Shown: positions 48,258-51,175 of the stretch, in pieces
How positions within the stretch are numbered: the first letter of the stretch is position 1
How the letters are laid out: the number at the start of each line of letters is the position of its first letter
From: Gemmatimonadota bacterium
GTDB lineage: Bacteria > Gemmatimonadota > Gemmatimonadetes > Palauibacterales > Palauibacteraceae
Assembly: GCA_039588275.1 (NCBI GenBank)
Contig: JBDHAC010000029.1
Span: forward strand, 1 to 51,175
DNA: 51,175 bases
Direction: 5' to 3'
Program-made: the position numbers and the translations under genes
The notes under the pieces: generated by a model
The model's input: only the letters and a program-made list of their open reading frames with translations
The model's database searches: none
What the model was told of the DNA's origin: nothing

Positions 48258-48489
48258 CTCGCTCAGAGGCCTGCGCGTTCGCCCGGATCGCCAGCGAGCG
48301 CGCGAGGACCCGGTGGCGACAGGTGTCACGCGAAGCACTCGTCGTGCATAACGGGCGGCACGAAGATCAGACGTGCAGAACAGGGTCAGGTTGAGCACGC
48401 CCGAATCGGAGCGACCATGGTGTCGTACCGAGACGATCGGGCGGCCGGCAACCGGTCGAGTCCACTCAAGTGAAGACGGAGACTAGGCG

Positions 48490-50886
48490 TTGAGCGACAA
48501 CAACAGGCCTGAGAGCCAGGTTCCGGTACCGCACATCGCCGAAGCCGAATTGGCCCAACGAGAAGGCTACTACTATCCGGACTATGCGGATTACACGCTT
48601 GGGCAACCGGCCGAGGGCACGGACTGGTCGCGCATCGGCAAGCTGCTCTGGTACCGGAAGTGGTGGATCCTCGCCACTGTCCTCGTCGGCACTCTCGCCG
48701 GCTGGGGCGTCAGCCAATTCGCGGCGCCCGAGTACGAGACTTTCACGAAGATCTGGATCCAGGATCAGCGCAGCGGCAGCGGACCTATCCAGGCGCAGGA
48801 GATCCTGCAGGGCGAGGGCTGGGCGGACGTGTTCCGGAGTCGGGCGGTCCTTCGCCCGGTGGTAGAGGAGCTGCACCTGCAGCTCGACCTGCTCGAGCCG
48901 GAAGGCCTGGATCGGGCGGTGTTCGCGGGGTTCGTGACCCGACGGGATGTCATCCCGGGCGTGTATACGATCTCTGGACAGGGTGACGGGACCTGGACCC
49001 TGGCGCGAGATGGCGAAGCCACGATCCAGCGAGGTCGGGCCGGCCAGCCGGTGGGCGAGCCGGCGGGATTCGAGTGGCTGCCGGCGGCGGAGCTCTTGAG
49101 CGCGGCGAACGACATCCGCTTCAGCGTGTCCAGCACGCGTGGCGCGGTGTCGGGCCTGGCGTCCAATCTCGTCGTCAACTACAACCGCAACTCGAATATC
49201 ATCCAGGCCACGCTCACGTGGACGGATCCGCAGGAGTCGGCCACCATCCTCAACGCGCTCGGGCGTGAATTCGTGCGCCTCGCGACGGACCTCAAGGCAC
49301 AGAAGATCCGCGAAGAGCGGGAGATGCTCGAGGAGCAGACCCAGTACACGCAGGAGCGGCTTCAAAGCGCCGAGTTCGCCCTCGAGAGCCACCGGGTGGA
49401 GACGATCACGCTCCCGAGCGAACCGCTGGTGACCGGGATCCCCACGGGCGCGATGGGGACCCCCGGGGGGAGGGGCGCCGCGCAGAGCGATCCCGTCTTC
49501 GGCGTGTTCTCGCAGCGAAAGATCCAGGCCGATCAGTTAAGCTACGACCTCGCGCAAGTCCGAGATCTCCAGCGAGACCTGGAGCAAACCGGAGAGCCCA
49601 ACGTCCTGGCCATCCGGATGATCCCGTCGGCGGTCAACTCGGCCGAGCTCAACTCGGCCATCCAACAGCTTCAGCAGAAGCTGATCGACCGACAGACGCT
49701 GCTGTACACCTACACGCCCGAGTACCCGGCGGTGGTGCAGCTGGACACCGAGATCAATGACCTGCGCTCGATCATCATCCCCGGCGCGCTGCGGGCACTG
49801 GGCACCCAGGTGGAAAGTCAACTGGATCTGTTGAATCAGCAGATCGTCGCGCAGAGCGAGGACCTGCGGCAGATCCCTCGCCGCACGATCGAGAACGCGC
49901 GGCTCCAACGTGAGATGACGCACGCCGAGACGCTCCACGACATGCTCCTCCTCCGGCTGAAGGAGGCGCAGCTGGCCGAGGCGACCAGCGCACCGGGAAT
50001 CGAGGTGCTCGACCCGGCCTGGGCCCCCACGTCGCCGCTGGGCGACACGGCCAGCCGGATCATCATGCTGTTCTCGATGGCGAGTTTGGGCTTAGGGATC
50101 GCGGGCGTACTCGTCCTCGATCACCTGGACAAGCGGATTCGACACCCGGAGCAGGTGACCGGGTCGCTCGGTCTGCCCGTGCTAGGCGTTGTGCCCAGAT
50201 TGCAGGCCGCGCCCGATCCCAATAGCGCCACTGCGGCGATTGCGGTCGAGTCCTTCCGTGGCCTTCGAACCCAGATCGCGCACGTCGATGGCCATATCGA
50301 GGGCATCACGCTCGTTACGAGCCCGGCGCCGAGAGAAGGCAAGTCGATGGTGTCGGCCAACCTGGCCATCTCGTACGCGACGGCGGGCTACAAGACCCTG
50401 CTGCTGGACGGGGACACACGTCGCGGACGAGCGCAAGAGATGTTCGGCTTGAAGCGGTCGCCGGGGCTGACCGACTACCTGATGGGGCGCTCCGCCCTCG
50501 AGCAGGTGCTACAGGAAACGAACGTCCAGAACTTGATGCTGCTCGCGCGGGGGGCTCCCGGCGGGTTCAACGCCGATCTCCTCGAAAGCGAGCGCATGGA
50601 TGGACTGCTCGCCCAGCTTCGCGAAACGTACGAAGTGATCATCATCGACGGTCCTCCGCTGGCCGCGGGGGCCGATGTGCTGATGCTCGGGGAGAGGAGC
50701 CGCAAGGTCGTCATCGTGCTGCGCGCCGGCTCGACGAGGGAGGACCTCGCCCGGGCCAAGCTGGAGACGCTCGGCAACGTCCAGTTGCCAATCGTAGGTG
50801 CGGTGCTCAACGCCATGCCGAAGTCGGCGCCGTACTACGACTACTACGTCCACTATTACTACGCGGACGCGGAGGTCGCCTCCTAG
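48490..50886 (+). CDS. wzc: Polysaccharide co-polymerase / tyrosine autokinase (Wzc/GumC-CpsD fusion)
   Basis: Two TMs around a coiled-coil periplasmic region, ESFRGLRT, Walker A PREGKS, A' LLDGDTRR, B IIDGPP, C-terminal YYDYYVHYYY cluster. Confidence 0.92.
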   Translation: MSDNNRPESQVPVPHIAEAELAQREGYYYPDYADYTLGQPAEGTDWSRIGKLLWYRKWWILATVLVGTLAGWGVSQFAAPEYETFTKIWIQDQRSGSGPIQAQEILQGEGWADVFRSRAVLRPVVEELHLQLDLLEPEGLDRAVFAGFVTRRDVIPGVYTISGQGDGTWTLARDGEATIQRGRAGQPVGEPAGFEWLPAAELLSAANDIRFSVSSTRGAVSGLASNLVVNYNRNSNIIQATLTWTDPQESATILNALGREFVRLATDLKAQKIREEREMLEEQTQYTQERLQSAEFALESHRVETITLPSEPLVTGIPTGAMGTPGGRGAAQSDPVFGVFSQRKIQADQLSYDLAQVRDLQRDLEQTGEPNVLAIRMIPSAVNSAELNSAIQQLQQKLIDRQTLLYTYTPEYPAVVQLDTEINDLRSIIIPGALRALGTQVESQLDLLNQQIVAQSEDLRQIPRRTIENARLQREMTHAETLHDMLLLRLKEAQLAEATSAPGIEVLDPAWAPTSPLGDTASRIIMLFSMASLGLGIAGVLVLDHLDKRIRHPEQVTGSLGLPVLGVVPRLQAAPDPNSATAAIAVESFRGLRTQIAHVDGHIEGITLVTSPAPREGKSMVSANLAISYATAGYKTLLLDGDTRRGRAQEMFGLKRSPGLTDYLMGRSALEQVLQETNVQNLMLLARGAPGGFNADLLESERMDGLLAQLRETYEVIIIDGPPLAAGADVLMLGERSRKVVIVLRAGSTREDLARAKLETLGNVQLPIVGAVLNAMPKSAPYYDYYVHYYYADAEVAS

Positions 50887-51175
50887 CTTTCCATGCTCCT
50901 GATACTCCTGCCTCCTTGAGGGCGGCGTAGCGCTCGCTTCGTGCCATGCAGGAGCCGGAGCGCGAACGCCGGGAGGAGTGCGGCGAGGTAGATGGCCACG
51001 GACTTACTCGAAACCGGGAGATCGTCGCGCCACCCGCGCCTGAGCGTGCGCCTCGCTGCCCGACGGTCGAGATCGGAAAGCGCGGCGTAGGCTTTCCTGA
51101 GGGTCAGGGCCTGGAGACCAGCTCTATACGCGCCACTCTCGCTCGCTGTAAGGGTGCCGCGCCGACCGACCGCGC
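50883..51175 (-). CDS. 3' end of a convergent gene, possibly a glycosyltransferase (truncated by window edge)
   Basis: Open minus-strand frame ...KAYAALSDLDRRAARRTLRRGW...AIYLAALLPAFALRLL...MES*. Its stop overlaps the wzc stop (CTAG). The amphipathic tail resembles GT2 C-termini, but no catalytic motif is visible. Confidence 0.5.
   Translation of the reverse strand, partial: AVGRRGTLTASESGAYRAGLQALTLRKAYAALSDLDRRAARRTLRRGWRDDLPVSSKSVAIYLAALLPAFALRLLHGTKRALRRPQGGRSIRSMES

Noticed and set aside
47913..48398. N-terminal extension of wecB in the ORF track
   Set aside because: The family N-terminus begins at MKVVHLVGARP. The extension covers the divergent promoter region.

Overview
GC-rich bacterial chromosomal window. 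Gene content and protein styles suggest Gemmatimonadota (inference, no marker gene seen). It has three parts. (1) 1-14.5 kb is an accessory signalling/uptake island: the 3' end of a TIGR02999-like ECF sigma factor, a SusC/SusD pair, then four tandem single-pass membrane TolB-N-like/TPR receptors that alternate kinase-less, Ser/Thr kinase, kinase-less, Ser/Thr kinase. (2) 14.5-42 kb is core housekeeping: pyrD/pyrK, amidase, smpB, YihY, YtxH, M28 peptidase, DUF58-BatA, mfd-surA-pdxA-ftsE-ftsX-envC-holB, moaC, SLT, nucleotide-sugar dehydrogenase, PHP, mltD, guaB. (3) 42.7-51.2 kb is the start of an exopolysaccharide locus: methyltransferase, histidine kinase plus sigma-54 activator, wecB, and wzc with a sigma-54 promoter and upstream TGT-N12-ACA sites. 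The most unexplained signal is a 570-bp intergenic region (37166-37734) with two inverted copies of a structured element. The copies share near-invariant scaffold blocks, variable segments of fixed length, and closing stems of different sequence. The second highlight is the kinase/kinase-less receptor array, where one receptor apparently arose by in-frame deletion of the kinase domain. No tRNA, rRNA, CRISPR, transposase or reverse transcriptase was recognised. All family calls come from motif recognition by eye, not from database searches.
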